A stretch of DNA of 64,000 bases from an uncultured virus (IMG/VR IMGVR_UViG_3300030376_004364) (lineage: Duplodnaviria > Heunggongvirae > Uroviricota > Caudoviricetes > Crassvirales), in the IMG/VR virus record IMGVR_UViG_3300030376_004364; one strand, written 5' to 3'. Below are positions 7,309-17,398 of this stretch, piece after piece. Under the pieces are notes generated by a model. It had not been told where the DNA came from. It ran no database searches and was given only the letters and a program-made list of their open reading frames with translations. Made by a program: the position numbers and the translations under genes. Each line of letters begins with the position of its first letter. Positions within the stretch are counted from its first letter, which is position 1.

Positions 7309-9535
7309 AGATTTATATAAAATATTAGAAGACTATATTCCTAAATCTGTGCTTACTAATAAGAACAGAAATAAAAGCTGGACTTACGGCTATAATAAAA
7401 AATATGATTTTGTATGCATTTCAAAAACCGGAGAACTTGGAGATATACTAAATATACAAGGCGTTATAGTTGGCTTACCCAAAGAGCCTAAAGAAATACA
7501 TAGTAGGTCTAAATCTAAGAAAGACCAATATTGGGAGAGAATAGATATTCCTAAACAGCTAAGTAAAATTCAATCTATATTTCAATGGAATGAAATGCCA
7601 TCTGAATTTAAAAATAATTGGGTAGATTATATTGAGAATGAGTTTGATAGCAGAGAGCTAGGCTATTGGTTTATGAATAATGGACTTCCAACGTATATAA
7701 CTGGTGCTCATTATATGTATCTTCAATGGACTAGTATTGATGTTGGGTATCCTGATTACAGGGAAGCTAATAGAATATTTTACATATTCTGGGAAGCATG
7801 CAAGGCAGATAGTAGGAGCTTTGGAATGACATACTTAAAAATAAGACGGTCAGGATTCTCTTACATGGGGTCTTCAGAATGTGTAAATACAGGTACTCTT
7901 GCAAAAGATTCAAGAGTTGGTATATTGTCTAAAACAGGTTCGGATTCCAAGAAGATGTTCACAGATAAAGTAGTTCCTATAGCTAATAGATTACCTTTCT
8001 TTTTTAAACCTATACAAGACGGTATGGATAAACCTAAAACAGAACTTGCTTTTAGGATACCTGCATCTAAGATAACAAAAAAGAATATGTATGATTCAGA
8101 CAAAGAAGAGTTGCTTGGGTTAGACACAACAATTGACTGGAAGAATACAGATGATAACTCTTATGATGGTGAAAAGCTTTTATTACTGGTGCATGACGAA
8201 AGTGGAAAATGGATAAAGCCTAACAATATACTTAATAACTGGAGGGTTACAAAAACTTGTCTTAGACTAGGAAGTAGAGTTATAGGCAAGTGCATGATGG
8301 GTTCCACTTCTAATGCGTTGAGTAAAGGTGGTGGTAACTTTAAAAAACTTTACGAAGATTCAGACGCAACCAGTAGAAATTCTAATGGGCAAACTAAAAG
8401 CGGATTATATAATTTATTTATTCCTATGGAATGGAATATGGAAGGTTTTATAGATAGATATGGAATGCCAGTGTTTAGGAAACCTGAAACAAAAACAATA
8501 GGAGTAGATGGAGAGATAATAGATAATGGTGCGGTAGATTATTGGGAAGCGGAAGTGGACAGTTTAAAGAATGACCCAGATGCTTTAAATGAATTTTATC
8601 GTCAGTTTCCTCGAACAGAATCTCATGCGTTTAGAGATGAGAGTAAGCAGTCATTATTTAATTTAACAAAAATATATCAGCAGATAGATTACAATGATTC
8701 TATGATAACAGAACATCACGTTACTCAAGGTTCTTTTTCTTGGAAGGATGGTATTAAAGATTCTTCTGTAGTATGGACACCTAATAATAGAGGTCGGTTT
8801 AGGGTTTCATGGACACCTAATAAAAATCTACAGAATAGAGTGATAAAACGAAACGGTAAGAATCTTCCAGGGAACGAACACTTAGGTGCTTTTGGGTGTG
8901 ATAGTTATGATATATCAGGAGTTGTAGGAGGAGGAGGGTCTAACGGAGCTTTACATGGGCTTACTAAATTTAATATGGATGAAGCACCTAGCAATGAGTT
9001 TTTTTTAGAATATGTTGCTAGACCTCAAACAGCAGAGATATTTTTTGAAGAAGTATTAATGGCTTGTGTGTTTTATGGAATGCCTATACTAGTGGAGAAT
9101 AACAAACCTAGATTATTATATCATTTTAAAAACAGAGGATATAGAGGATTTAGTTTAAACAGACCTGACAAAACATATAATAAATTATCAAGAACAGAAA
9201 GAGAATTAGGAGGTATACCTAACTCTAGTGAAGATGTGAAGCAAGCTCACGCTGCAGCAATAGAGTCTTTTATAGAAAAACATATAGGATTAGATATGGA
9301 AAACACATTTAGAGATTCTGACTTAATGGGTACTATGCCCTTTACCAGGACATTAGAAGATTGGGCTAAATTCGATATAAGTAATAGAACTAGGTTTGAT
9401 GCCTCTATTAGTAGTGGATTAGCTATCATGGCATGTCAGAAGCATCTTTACACACCTGAAAAGAAAAGCTCAAAAATTTCCATTAACTTTGCAAGGTATA
9501 CCAACAAGGGATTAACAAGCGATATTATAAGATAG
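7286..9535 (+). CDS. terL: Terminase large subunit
   Basis: KIRRSGFS (Walker A-like), LLVHDESGKW (Walker B), GCDSYD and RFDASISSG nuclease motifs; precedes the portal. Confidence 0.9.
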   Translation: MQNEGQNKDLYKILEDYIPKSVLTNKNRNKSWTYGYNKKYDFVCISKTGELGDILNIQGVIVGLPKEPKEIHSRSKSKKDQYWERIDIPKQLSKIQSIFQWNEMPSEFKNNWVDYIENEFDSRELGYWFMNNGLPTYITGAHYMYLQWTSIDVGYPDYREANRIFYIFWEACKADSRSFGMTYLKIRRSGFSYMGSSECVNTGTLAKDSRVGILSKTGSDSKKMFTDKVVPIANRLPFFFKPIQDGMDKPKTELAFRIPASKITKKNMYDSDKEELLGLDTTIDWKNTDDNSYDGEKLLLLVHDESGKWIKPNNILNNWRVTKTCLRLGSRVIGKCMMGSTSNALSKGGGNFKKLYEDSDATSRNSNGQTKSGLYNLFIPMEWNMEGFIDRYGMPVFRKPETKTIGVDGEIIDNGAVDYWEAEVDSLKNDPDALNEFYRQFPRTESHAFRDESKQSLFNLTKIYQQIDYNDSMITEHHVTQGSFSWKDGIKDSSVVWTPNNRGRFRVSWTPNKNLQNRVIKRNGKNLPGNEHLGAFGCDSYDISGVVGGGGSNGALHGLTKFNMDEAPSNEFFLEYVARPQTAEIFFEEVLMACVFYGMPILVENNKPRLLYHFKNRGYRGFSLNRPDKTYNKLSRTERELGGIPNSSEDVKQAHAAAIESFIEKHIGLDMENTFRDSDLMGTMPFTRTLEDWAKFDISNRTRFDASISSGLAIMACQKHLYTPEKKSSKISINFARYTNKGLTSDIIR

Positions 9536-11971
9536 ATGAAAGAAGTAAAAGTAAAAATTTCATCTGTAGGATTCCCTAGCCAATTTGTGTCAGATGCAGA
9601 AAAAGCCACTGATGAGTTTGGCTTACAAATAGGGCAAGCGATACAGTATGAGTGGTTTAAAAAAGATGGTAATGGTTGTCGTTATTACTCTCAGTGGAGA
9701 GACTTTCATAGACTACGTTTATATGCAAGAGGTGAGCAATCTGTTGCAAAATATAAAAATGAATTAGCAGTTGATGGAGATTTATCTTACCTCAACTTAG
9801 ACTGGACTCCAGTCCCTATACTTCCAAAATTTGTAGATATAGTTGTCAATGGAATGTCTGACCGATTATTCAAGGTTAAGGCATACGCTCAAGATGCTTT
9901 ATCTCAAGGTAAGAGAACTAAGTATCAGGATATGATTGAAGGTCAAATGGCTGCTAAGGATATCCTATTAGATATTAAAGATATGACAGGGGCAGACCCT
10001 TTTACAATGGACCCTGATTCTTTACCTGAAAATGATGAAGAGCTTACTTTATATATGCAGCTTAACTATAAACCTGCTATTGAAATTGCAGAAGAAGAAG
10101 CTATAGATACTATGTTTGCTGAAAATCATTATCAAGATGTTCGTAAGCGAGTTGATTATGACTTAACGGTACTAGGAATGGGAGTGGCAAAGCATGAGTT
10201 CTTGCCAGGAGCTGGAGTAGAGGTAAAGTATGTTGACCCTGCTAATGTAGTATATAGTTATACAGAAGACCCTCATTTTAAAGATTGTTTTTATTGGGGT
10301 GAAATTAAAAATGTTCCAATAACAGAGTTGTTAAAAATAGACCCTACTCTTACTAATGATGATTTAGAAAAAATATCTAAATATAGTCAAAGTTGGTATG
10401 ATTACTATAACGTAGCTCAGTATTATCAAAACGATATATTTTATAGAGACACTGTAACTCTGATGTATTTTAATTATAAGACTACTAATAAAATGGTCTA
10501 TAAGAAAAAAGTATCAGAAAATGGTGCTGTTAAAATGATAGAGAAAGATGACCAGTTTAATCCTCCAACAGAAATGATGGAAGATGGAAAGTTTGAAAAA
10601 GTTTCTAAAACTATTGATGTATGGTATGATGGTATTATGGTTATGGGAACTAACATATTATTAAAGTGGGAGCTTGCAGAAAATATGGTTAGACCTAAAT
10701 CTGCTTCTCAGCATGCCTTACCTAATTATGTAGCAGTAGCTCCAAGAATGTATAAAGGAGTTATTGAGTCTTTAGTTAGAAGGATGATACCTTTTGCAGA
10801 TTTAATACAGATTACTCATTTAAAATTACAACAAGTAATAGCTAGAACTGTTCCTGATGGTGTGTTTATAGATGCTGATGGATTAAATGAAGTAGACCTA
10901 GGCACAGGGCAGGCTTATAATCCTGAAGATGCTCTAAGACTTTACTTCCAAACTGGTAGTGTTATAGGTAGGAGCTATACACAGGATGGAGATTTTAATC
11001 AGGCTAGAGTTCCTATACAACAGCTTACATCTAATAGTGGTGCTAGTAAAACGCAAATGTTAATCACAAACTATAATCATTATCTTAATATGATTAGAAC
11101 AGTGACCGGATTAAATGAAGCTAGAGATGGTTCAACCCCAGACCCTAATTCTTTAGTAGGGCTACAAAAACTAGCGGCACTTAATTCTAATACAGCTACA
11201 CGTCATATTCTTCAAGGTAGTTTATATGTGTATAGAACATTAGCAGAAGCTTTAACGTATAGAGTTGGTGATATATTAGAGTACGCTGATTTTAAAGAAG
11301 AGTTTATAAACCAAATAGGAAAATACAATGTTTCAATTCTAGGAGATATAGCTGATTTATACATTTATGATTTTGGTATTTTTATAGAAGTTTCCCCAGA
11401 TGAAGAGGAAAAAGCTCAGCTTGAACAAAACATTCAAACTGCTTTATCTAAGAGCGATATTAATCTTGAAGATGCAATTGATATAAGAGAATTAAAAAAT
11501 ATAAAGTTAGCTAATCAATTATTAAAAGTTAAACGTAAACAAAAGCAAGAGCGTGATGAAAAAAATGAGATGATGAAGCAGCAGGCATTAGCTGAACAGC
11601 AATTAAAATCTCAACAAATGGCAGCTCAAGCAGCTATGCAGAAATCTCAAGCTGAGATGAATGCTAAGATGCAAATTAAACAAGCTGAAATTGCTTTTGA
11701 AATAGAAAAGATGAAGAATGAAGCTCAACTAAAAAGTCAATTGATGGCTCAAGAGTTTGAGTATAATCAACAATTAAGAGATATTTCAGAGCAAGCTTTA
11801 GCCAATAGAGAGATAAGTAGAGAAGATGCAAAATCATCTCGTATAAGTCAACAAAACTCTGAGCAGTCTAAACTTATAAACCAACGAAAAAATAATTTAC
11901 CTCCTCAAACATTTGAGTCTAATGAAGATAGCTTAGACGGCTTTGATTTAGCAGAATTTGACCCAAGGTAA
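9536..11971 (+). CDS. Portal protein
   Basis: 811 aa directly after terL; LDWTPVPILPKFVDIVVNG and GLNEARDGS motifs; Q-rich coiled-coil C-terminus. Confidence 0.85.
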   Translation: MKEVKVKISSVGFPSQFVSDAEKATDEFGLQIGQAIQYEWFKKDGNGCRYYSQWRDFHRLRLYARGEQSVAKYKNELAVDGDLSYLNLDWTPVPILPKFVDIVVNGMSDRLFKVKAYAQDALSQGKRTKYQDMIEGQMAAKDILLDIKDMTGADPFTMDPDSLPENDEELTLYMQLNYKPAIEIAEEEAIDTMFAENHYQDVRKRVDYDLTVLGMGVAKHEFLPGAGVEVKYVDPANVVYSYTEDPHFKDCFYWGEIKNVPITELLKIDPTLTNDDLEKISKYSQSWYDYYNVAQYYQNDIFYRDTVTLMYFNYKTTNKMVYKKKVSENGAVKMIEKDDQFNPPTEMMEDGKFEKVSKTIDVWYDGIMVMGTNILLKWELAENMVRPKSASQHALPNYVAVAPRMYKGVIESLVRRMIPFADLIQITHLKLQQVIARTVPDGVFIDADGLNEVDLGTGQAYNPEDALRLYFQTGSVIGRSYTQDGDFNQARVPIQQLTSNSGASKTQMLITNYNHYLNMIRTVTGLNEARDGSTPDPNSLVGLQKLAALNSNTATRHILQGSLYVYRTLAEALTYRVGDILEYADFKEEFINQIGKYNVSILGDIADLYIYDFGIFIEVSPDEEEKAQLEQNIQTALSKSDINLEDAIDIRELKNIKLANQLLKVKRKQKQERDEKNEMMKQQALAEQQLKSQQMAAQAAMQKSQAEMNAKMQIKQAEIAFEIEKMKNEAQLKSQLMAQEFEYNQQLRDISEQALANREISREDAKSSRISQQNSEQSKLINQRKNNLPPQTFESNEDSLDGFDLAEFDPR

Positions 11972-11999
11972 ACTGAATAATTTATATTGTTTAATGTAC

Positions 12000-12007
12000 T
12001 ATATTTG
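12000..12007 (+). promoter_or_regulatory. Bacteroidota -7 promoter element TATATTTG
   Basis: Intergenic, 17 nt before the scaffold ATG. Confidence 0.65.
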
Positions 12008-12024
12008 TACTAAAATTTAATCTA

Positions 12025-13110
12025 ATGGAAATAAAAGTAAAAGAAGTAGGAATTGTTGAAGAAAAATCAGCAGCAGAAGTAGAAGAAACTCTACTAGAAA
12101 ATGCTGAGCAACAACAAGATGAAGTACAACAAGAAACTTCAGTAGTTGAAAAACAACAAGATGAAAATCAAAGTTCTCAATTACAAGAAGAAGACGTTCT
12201 TAATTTTATAAAAGATAGATATGATAAAGATATATCATCAGTAGAACAATTGTTTGAAGAAAAAGAAAACAATGAAACTCTACCTGAAGATGTATCTGCT
12301 TATTTTGAATATAAAAAGAAAACTGGTAGGAGTATTGAAGACTATGTTAAATTAAACAGAGATTTTGATTCTCTAGATGGAGACCAGATTTTAACTGAGT
12401 ATCTTTTAGCTACAGAGGAAGGCATTGATAAAGAAGATGTTGAATTATTAATGGAAGATTATTCATTTGATGAAGATGTGGATGATGAGTCGGATGTAAA
12501 AAGAGCTAAGTTAAAAAGAAAGAAGGCAATTGTAAAAGCTAAAAAATTCTTTAATGAACAAAAAGAAATGTATCACCAGCCTCTTGAGTCAAGTAGTGTT
12601 GGTGTTTCTAATGACAGTGAAGAATATAAGGCTTATAAACAATACGTTGATAATGCAAAAAATCAGGAAGAGGAAACTCAAAGAAGGTCTGCGTTTTTTT
12701 TAAAAGAAACAGACAAGGTTTTAAATCAAGACTTTAAAGGTTTTAAGGTCAGTATTGATGAAGCCAATTTATTGTATAATCCTGGTGGCACTGCGGAAGA
12801 AATTAAAAACAATCAATCGAGTATCAAGAATTTTATTGATAGACATTTGGATGATAGTGGATTAGTTAAAAACGCAGCTGAATATCACAAAGCATTATCA
12901 GCAGCAATGAACCCTGATAAGTTCGCAAGATTTTTTTACGAACAAGGAAAAGCAGCAGCAACAGAGGACGTGACAAGAAAAATGAAGAATGTCAATATGT
13001 CTACACGTTCTGCTCCTGAGGTTACTTCAAAAGGAGGGACTCAGTTTCGTGCAATTAATCCTAGTACTGGGAGGGGTTTAAAAATTAAAAGTATTAAAAG
13101 AAAAAATTAA
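12025..13110 (+). CDS. Putative capsid scaffolding protein
   Basis: Very acidic, helical, between portal and major capsid protein. Confidence 0.65.
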   Translation: MEIKVKEVGIVEEKSAAEVEETLLENAEQQQDEVQQETSVVEKQQDENQSSQLQEEDVLNFIKDRYDKDISSVEQLFEEKENNETLPEDVSAYFEYKKKTGRSIEDYVKLNRDFDSLDGDQILTEYLLATEEGIDKEDVELLMEDYSFDEDVDDESDVKRAKLKRKKAIVKAKKFFNEQKEMYHQPLESSSVGVSNDSEEYKAYKQYVDNAKNQEEETQRRSAFFLKETDKVLNQDFKGFKVSIDEANLLYNPGGTAEEIKNNQSSIKNFIDRHLDDSGLVKNAAEYHKALSAAMNPDKFARFFYEQGKAAATEDVTRKMKNVNMSTRSAPEVTSKGGTQFRAINPSTGRGLKIKSIKRKN

Positions 13111-13128
13111 CATTTTAAAAAATTAAAA

Positions 13129-14613
13129 ATGGCAGGACAATTATTAGGACCAAATACTAACCCAGTAGGTCCAGGTTTTCAATTACAGCCAGCACCACAG
13201 CAAGTGCCGTTGGCTACAAATTACATAACTGATTTCAACTTTTTGAATCAGTATTTACCAGATACGTACGAGAAAGAGTTCGAGCGTTATGGTAATAGAA
13301 CTATCTCTTCTTTCTTACGTTTAGTAGGAGCTGAGTTACCAAGTAACTCTGACTTAGTAAAGTGGGCAGAGCAAGGGAGATTACACACTAAATACACACA
13401 GTGTGGTACAGCAGCAGTAGTTGCTGGAGACAATGTAACATTTGATATTAACGATGCATTAGTACCAGACCGAGCTGCAACAGGCTTAACTGCTGGAACA
13501 ATTGCAATTCGTGTAGGTCAAACTGTTGTAGTTTCTAAAAATGATAACACCGGAGAATTTAAAGGTATTGTAACAGCAGTAGGAGTAGCAGGTGGTTTAA
13601 ACGCCAACCAAATCGTAGTTGCTTTTTACAACGCTCAAGGATTTACAGGTGGTACAGGAGCAGGTAATGCTGATGTAACTATCTTTATCTACGGTTCTGA
13701 GTTTAAAAAAGGAAGCAACGGAATGCAAGGTTCTTTAGAGGCTGAAGATGAAATCTTCGATAACTCTCCAATTATCATCAAAGATAAGTATGCAGTATCT
13801 GGTTCAGATATGGCTCAAATCGGATGGATTGAAGTAACTACTGAGAACGGAGCATCAGGATACTTATGGTATTTGAAGTCTGAGCACGAAACTCGTTTAA
13901 GATTTGATGACTACTTAGAAACAGCAATGATTGAAGCAGTACCAGCTGAAGCAGGTTCTGGAGCAATTGCTGCAGGTGGAGATGTAGGTAACAAAGGTTC
14001 TGAAGGTGTATTCCACGTAGTGGAAAACAGAGGAAACGTATGGGCAGGTGGAAACCCAACAGCTCTAGCGGATTTTGATACTATCATTTCTCGTTTAGAT
14101 AAGCAAGGGGCGATTGAAGAAAACGTACTTTTCTTAAACCGTCAGTTTGGATTTGACATTGATGACATGTTAGCTGAACTTAATGGTTCTGCTCAAGGTG
14201 GTGGAGCTAATGGTACTTCTTATGGTCTATTTGACAATGATGAGGAGATGGCTCTTAACTTAGGATTTACAGGATTTCGTAGAGGATATGACTTCTATAA
14301 GTCTGACTGGAAATACCTAAACGACCCAACTATGCGTGGAGGTCTTACTGGAACTGGTGCTGTAAACGGTATGTTAGTTCCTGCAGGTTCTACTACTGTG
14401 TATGACCAAATCTTAGGAAAGAATGCTAAGCGTCCTTTCTTACACGTACGTTACAGAGCTTCTGAAACAGAAGACAGACGTTACAAGACTTGGATTACAG
14501 GTTCAGCTGGTGGTGCTGCAACATCTGATTTAGATGCAATGGAAGTAAACTTCCTATCTGAAAGATGTGTATGTACTATGGGAGCAAATAACTTTGTGAT
14601 TTTCCAATCATAA
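13129..14613 (+). CDS. Major capsid protein
   Basis: 494 aa after the scaffold, followed by a strong terminator; QYLPDTYEKEFERYGNR, WAEQGRLH and GFRRGYDFYK motifs. Confidence 0.85.
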   Translation: MAGQLLGPNTNPVGPGFQLQPAPQQVPLATNYITDFNFLNQYLPDTYEKEFERYGNRTISSFLRLVGAELPSNSDLVKWAEQGRLHTKYTQCGTAAVVAGDNVTFDINDALVPDRAATGLTAGTIAIRVGQTVVVSKNDNTGEFKGIVTAVGVAGGLNANQIVVAFYNAQGFTGGTGAGNADVTIFIYGSEFKKGSNGMQGSLEAEDEIFDNSPIIIKDKYAVSGSDMAQIGWIEVTTENGASGYLWYLKSEHETRLRFDDYLETAMIEAVPAEAGSGAIAAGGDVGNKGSEGVFHVVENRGNVWAGGNPTALADFDTIISRLDKQGAIEENVLFLNRQFGFDIDDMLAELNGSAQGGGANGTSYGLFDNDEEMALNLGFTGFRRGYDFYKSDWKYLNDPTMRGGLTGTGAVNGMLVPAGSTTVYDQILGKNAKRPFLHVRYRASETEDRRYKTWITGSAGGAATSDLDAMEVNFLSERCVCTMGANNFVIFQS

Positions 14614-14627
14614 TAATGTGAATACCA

Positions 14628-14657
14628 GGGAGGGTATTTATTGCCCTCCTTTTTTTT
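14628..14657 (+). terminator. Intrinsic terminator after the capsid gene
   Basis: GGAGGGTA/TGCCCTCC stem followed by T8. Confidence 0.85.
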
Positions 14658-14677
14658 AATAATTAAATTTTAATCAA

Positions 14678-15430
14678 ATGAAAAAAAATAATTTAGTCAA
14701 TAAGACTTACAAACTTACCAAAGAAGCAGCACCCCTTTCTTTTATGCTGCCAACTAGAAATTCAAGAAGATACCCTTTAATGTATTTTGATGAGGTCAAA
14801 GGTGAAAACAGAGCTTTACGATATGCACGAAATCAAAAAAGTCCTTTTGAAGATGAGCAGGATGGAAACGCTATTGTTGAACCTGTTATTTTTGAAGATG
14901 GATTTTTACATGTATCTAGAACTAATCCAGTTCTCCAGGAGTTTTTACATTATCACCCAATGAACGGTGCTAAATTTGTAGAGGTCAATACAGAAAAAGA
15001 CGCTCAGAAAGAAATGGATGTTTTAAATTCTAGAGTAGATGCTCTTATAGAAGCTAGACAGTTAGATATAGAACAAGTAGAAGCTTTAGCTAGAGTATTG
15101 TTTAATACAGATGTATCTAGAACCACCTCAGCTGAGTTAAGAAGAGATATCTTAATTTTTGCAGAGCAGGAGCCAGCACAATTTTTAAATGCTGTTAAAG
15201 ACCCTACATTAAAGTTAAATTCTTTAGTTCAAGAGTTCTTTTCACATAAGGTATTAATATTTAAAAATAATAAAAAAGATGTATACTTCAACACCCCTAA
15301 AAATAAGAAGAGGATGTTAAATCTTCCTTTTGGGGAAGACCCTTATTATGTTATCTCTTCCTATTTACAAACTGATGAAGGAGTTGATATACTAAAGTTT
15401 TTAGAAAAAAATCTAGAAAACAAAAAATAG
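14678..15430 (+). CDS. Hypothetical protein of the head module
   Basis: 250-aa ORF between two terminators. Confidence 0.75.
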   Translation: MKKNNLVNKTYKLTKEAAPLSFMLPTRNSRRYPLMYFDEVKGENRALRYARNQKSPFEDEQDGNAIVEPVIFEDGFLHVSRTNPVLQEFLHYHPMNGAKFVEVNTEKDAQKEMDVLNSRVDALIEARQLDIEQVEALARVLFNTDVSRTTSAELRRDILIFAEQEPAQFLNAVKDPTLKLNSLVQEFFSHKVLIFKNNKKDVYFNTPKNKKRMLNLPFGEDPYYVISSYLQTDEGVDILKFLEKNLENKK

Positions 15431-15451
15431 TATTTATATTAACGTTGTACA

Positions 15452-15484
15452 AAGGGGTTGCAAAAATGCAACCTCTTTTTTTTT
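15452..15484 (+). terminator. Intrinsic terminator
   Basis: AAGGGGTTGCA/TGCAACCTCTT stem followed by a T run. Confidence 0.85.
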
Positions 15485-15487
15485 ACT

Positions 15488-15495
15488 TATCTTTG
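15488..15495 (+). promoter_or_regulatory. Bacteroidota -7 promoter element TATCTTTG
   Basis: Just after the terminator, 18 nt before ATG 15514. Confidence 0.7.
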
Positions 15496-15513
15496 TAGTA
15501 AATAATTTTACAG

Positions 15514-16470
15514 ATGAGCATTATTAATTCGGTACGAGAAACAGTGCTGTCGGTCCTTAATAAAAACAACTATGGGTATATAACTCCTAGTGATTTTAAC
15601 CTTTACGCAAAGCAAGCTCAATTAGATATATTTGAAGATTACTTTTATCAGTATAACTATCAAGTAAATCAAGAGAATCTTAGAAAGTCAGGTATAGGAT
15701 TAGCGGACATAAAAAAAAGATATGAGGAAGTAATTGATTTATTTTCTGTAACAGCAGGATTATATAATCAGGTAGATAATACTTATTCTGTTCCTTCAAT
15801 AGCTACAACAGGTAGTGATTATTATTTACTAAATAAAGTTTTAGTATTTAATGAGGTTTTAGATGAAGGAACAACAACAGGGGTTAGTGGTGGACAAAAT
15901 AGAATTATAGACGCTAATGCTGATTTTATTGATATTAGTGTAGGAGATATTGTGGCGATTGAGAATAACGGTGTTCAATATCTAAAAGTAGTAACTGTAG
16001 TTAATAGCACTACACTACAGGTTTCACCTAATCTTACAGGTCCTGTTGGCACAAAATATTCCATATATAAGAAAGGAACAATTTTTAATGAAGCGGAAAA
16101 AGTTACACATACTAAGATAACAATGTTGAACAATTCTATACTTACATCTCCTAACTCTTCTTATCCAGCTTATACAACAGAGAACGTATCGTTAGATGTA
16201 TTTCCTGAAGGTATAAACGCTATTGGTAGAGTTAAGTGTCAGTATATTAGATACCCTAAAGACCCTAAGTGGACATACGTGCAGTTAGTAGGAGGAGAAC
16301 CTTCTTTTGATTCATCGAGTGCATTGTATCAAGATTTTGAGATTCCATTAGAAGATGAACCCACACTAGTTAATAAGATATTACAATATGCAGGAATGTC
16401 TATAAGAGAAGCTCAAGTTACACAGTTTGCAACAGGATTGGATACTATTGAAACGCAAAAAGAAAAATAA
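15514..16470 (+). CDS. Tail ring / head-tail adaptor protein
   Basis: LNKNNYGYITPSDFNLYAKQAQ and YIRYPKDPKW motifs; position after the head genes. Confidence 0.6.
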   Translation: MSIINSVRETVLSVLNKNNYGYITPSDFNLYAKQAQLDIFEDYFYQYNYQVNQENLRKSGIGLADIKKRYEEVIDLFSVTAGLYNQVDNTYSVPSIATTGSDYYLLNKVLVFNEVLDEGTTTGVSGGQNRIIDANADFIDISVGDIVAIENNGVQYLKVVTVVNSTTLQVSPNLTGPVGTKYSIYKKGTIFNEAEKVTHTKITMLNNSILTSPNSSYPAYTTENVSLDVFPEGINAIGRVKCQYIRYPKDPKWTYVQLVGGEPSFDSSSALYQDFEIPLEDEPTLVNKILQYAGMSIREAQVTQFATGLDTIETQKEK

Positions 16471-17396
16471 TGGCATATATAAATGATTATACATATTACG
16501 AAAATACAGGCAACCCACACACAGAACAAGCGAACTGGGGGTCTTACCAGTATGTAAGCTTATACGACATAGTAAATAACTTTATGTTGATGTATGCTGG
16601 TAACCACAGCTTAGTTAATAACGAGGAAAGATATAGAGTTCTATTTCACGCAAAACGAGCTATACAAGAACTTAACTATGATGCTTTTAAGGAAATAAAA
16701 ATTCTTGAGTTAGATGTTTGTGAAAGATTACGATTCGTTCTTCCACAAGATTATGTAAACTGGGTTAGAGTTTCTTTATATAAGGATGGTGTTCTAAGAC
16801 CATTAACAGAAAACATACAAACAAACTGGAGTGACGCTTATCTTCAGGACCATACATGTAGAATATTATTTGACCATGATGGAAATATATTAAAACCTTC
16901 GCAGGCTTTTATAGATTTACAAAGAGTAGAGGGAACTAAAAAAAGCATTTATCTTAACGACCAAAGTCCTTACAATAATAGAGAGGGATATTGTGTGGAT
17001 GGAGAATGGTATTTTGATTATGGTGTAGGAGCACGTTATGGATTAAATACTGAGACCGCAAATTTTAATCCAACATTTAAGATAGACCCTAAAGGTGGTG
17101 TTATTAATTTTAGTTCTGATATGGCAGGGAACTTATGTATTGTAGAATATGTGTCAGACGGAATGGAAAATGGAGATGATTCATTAGTAACTGTCAACAA
17201 ACTTTTTGAAGAGTATGTATACGCTTACATTCAATATGCTATTTTAAATAGTAAATTTGGAGTTCAAGAATATGTTGTCAATAGAGCTAGAAAAAGAAGC
17301 TCTTCCTTATTAAGAAACGCTAAAATTAGAATAAGTAATATACATCCAGGGCGATTGTTACAGAACATGAGAGGTATGGATAAGTGGATTAAATAA
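16470..17396 (+). CDS. Tail tubular / ring protein
   Basis: LPQDYVNWVRVS and EYVSDG motifs; coupled to the previous gene. Confidence 0.6.
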   Translation: MAYINDYTYYENTGNPHTEQANWGSYQYVSLYDIVNNFMLMYAGNHSLVNNEERYRVLFHAKRAIQELNYDAFKEIKILELDVCERLRFVLPQDYVNWVRVSLYKDGVLRPLTENIQTNWSDAYLQDHTCRILFDHDGNILKPSQAFIDLQRVEGTKKSIYLNDQSPYNNREGYCVDGEWYFDYGVGARYGLNTETANFNPTFKIDPKGGVINFSSDMAGNLCIVEYVSDGMENGDDSLVTVNKLFEEYVYAYIQYAILNSKFGVQEYVVNRARKRSSSLLRNAKIRISNIHPGRLLQNMRGMDKWIK

Positions 17397-17398
17397 GC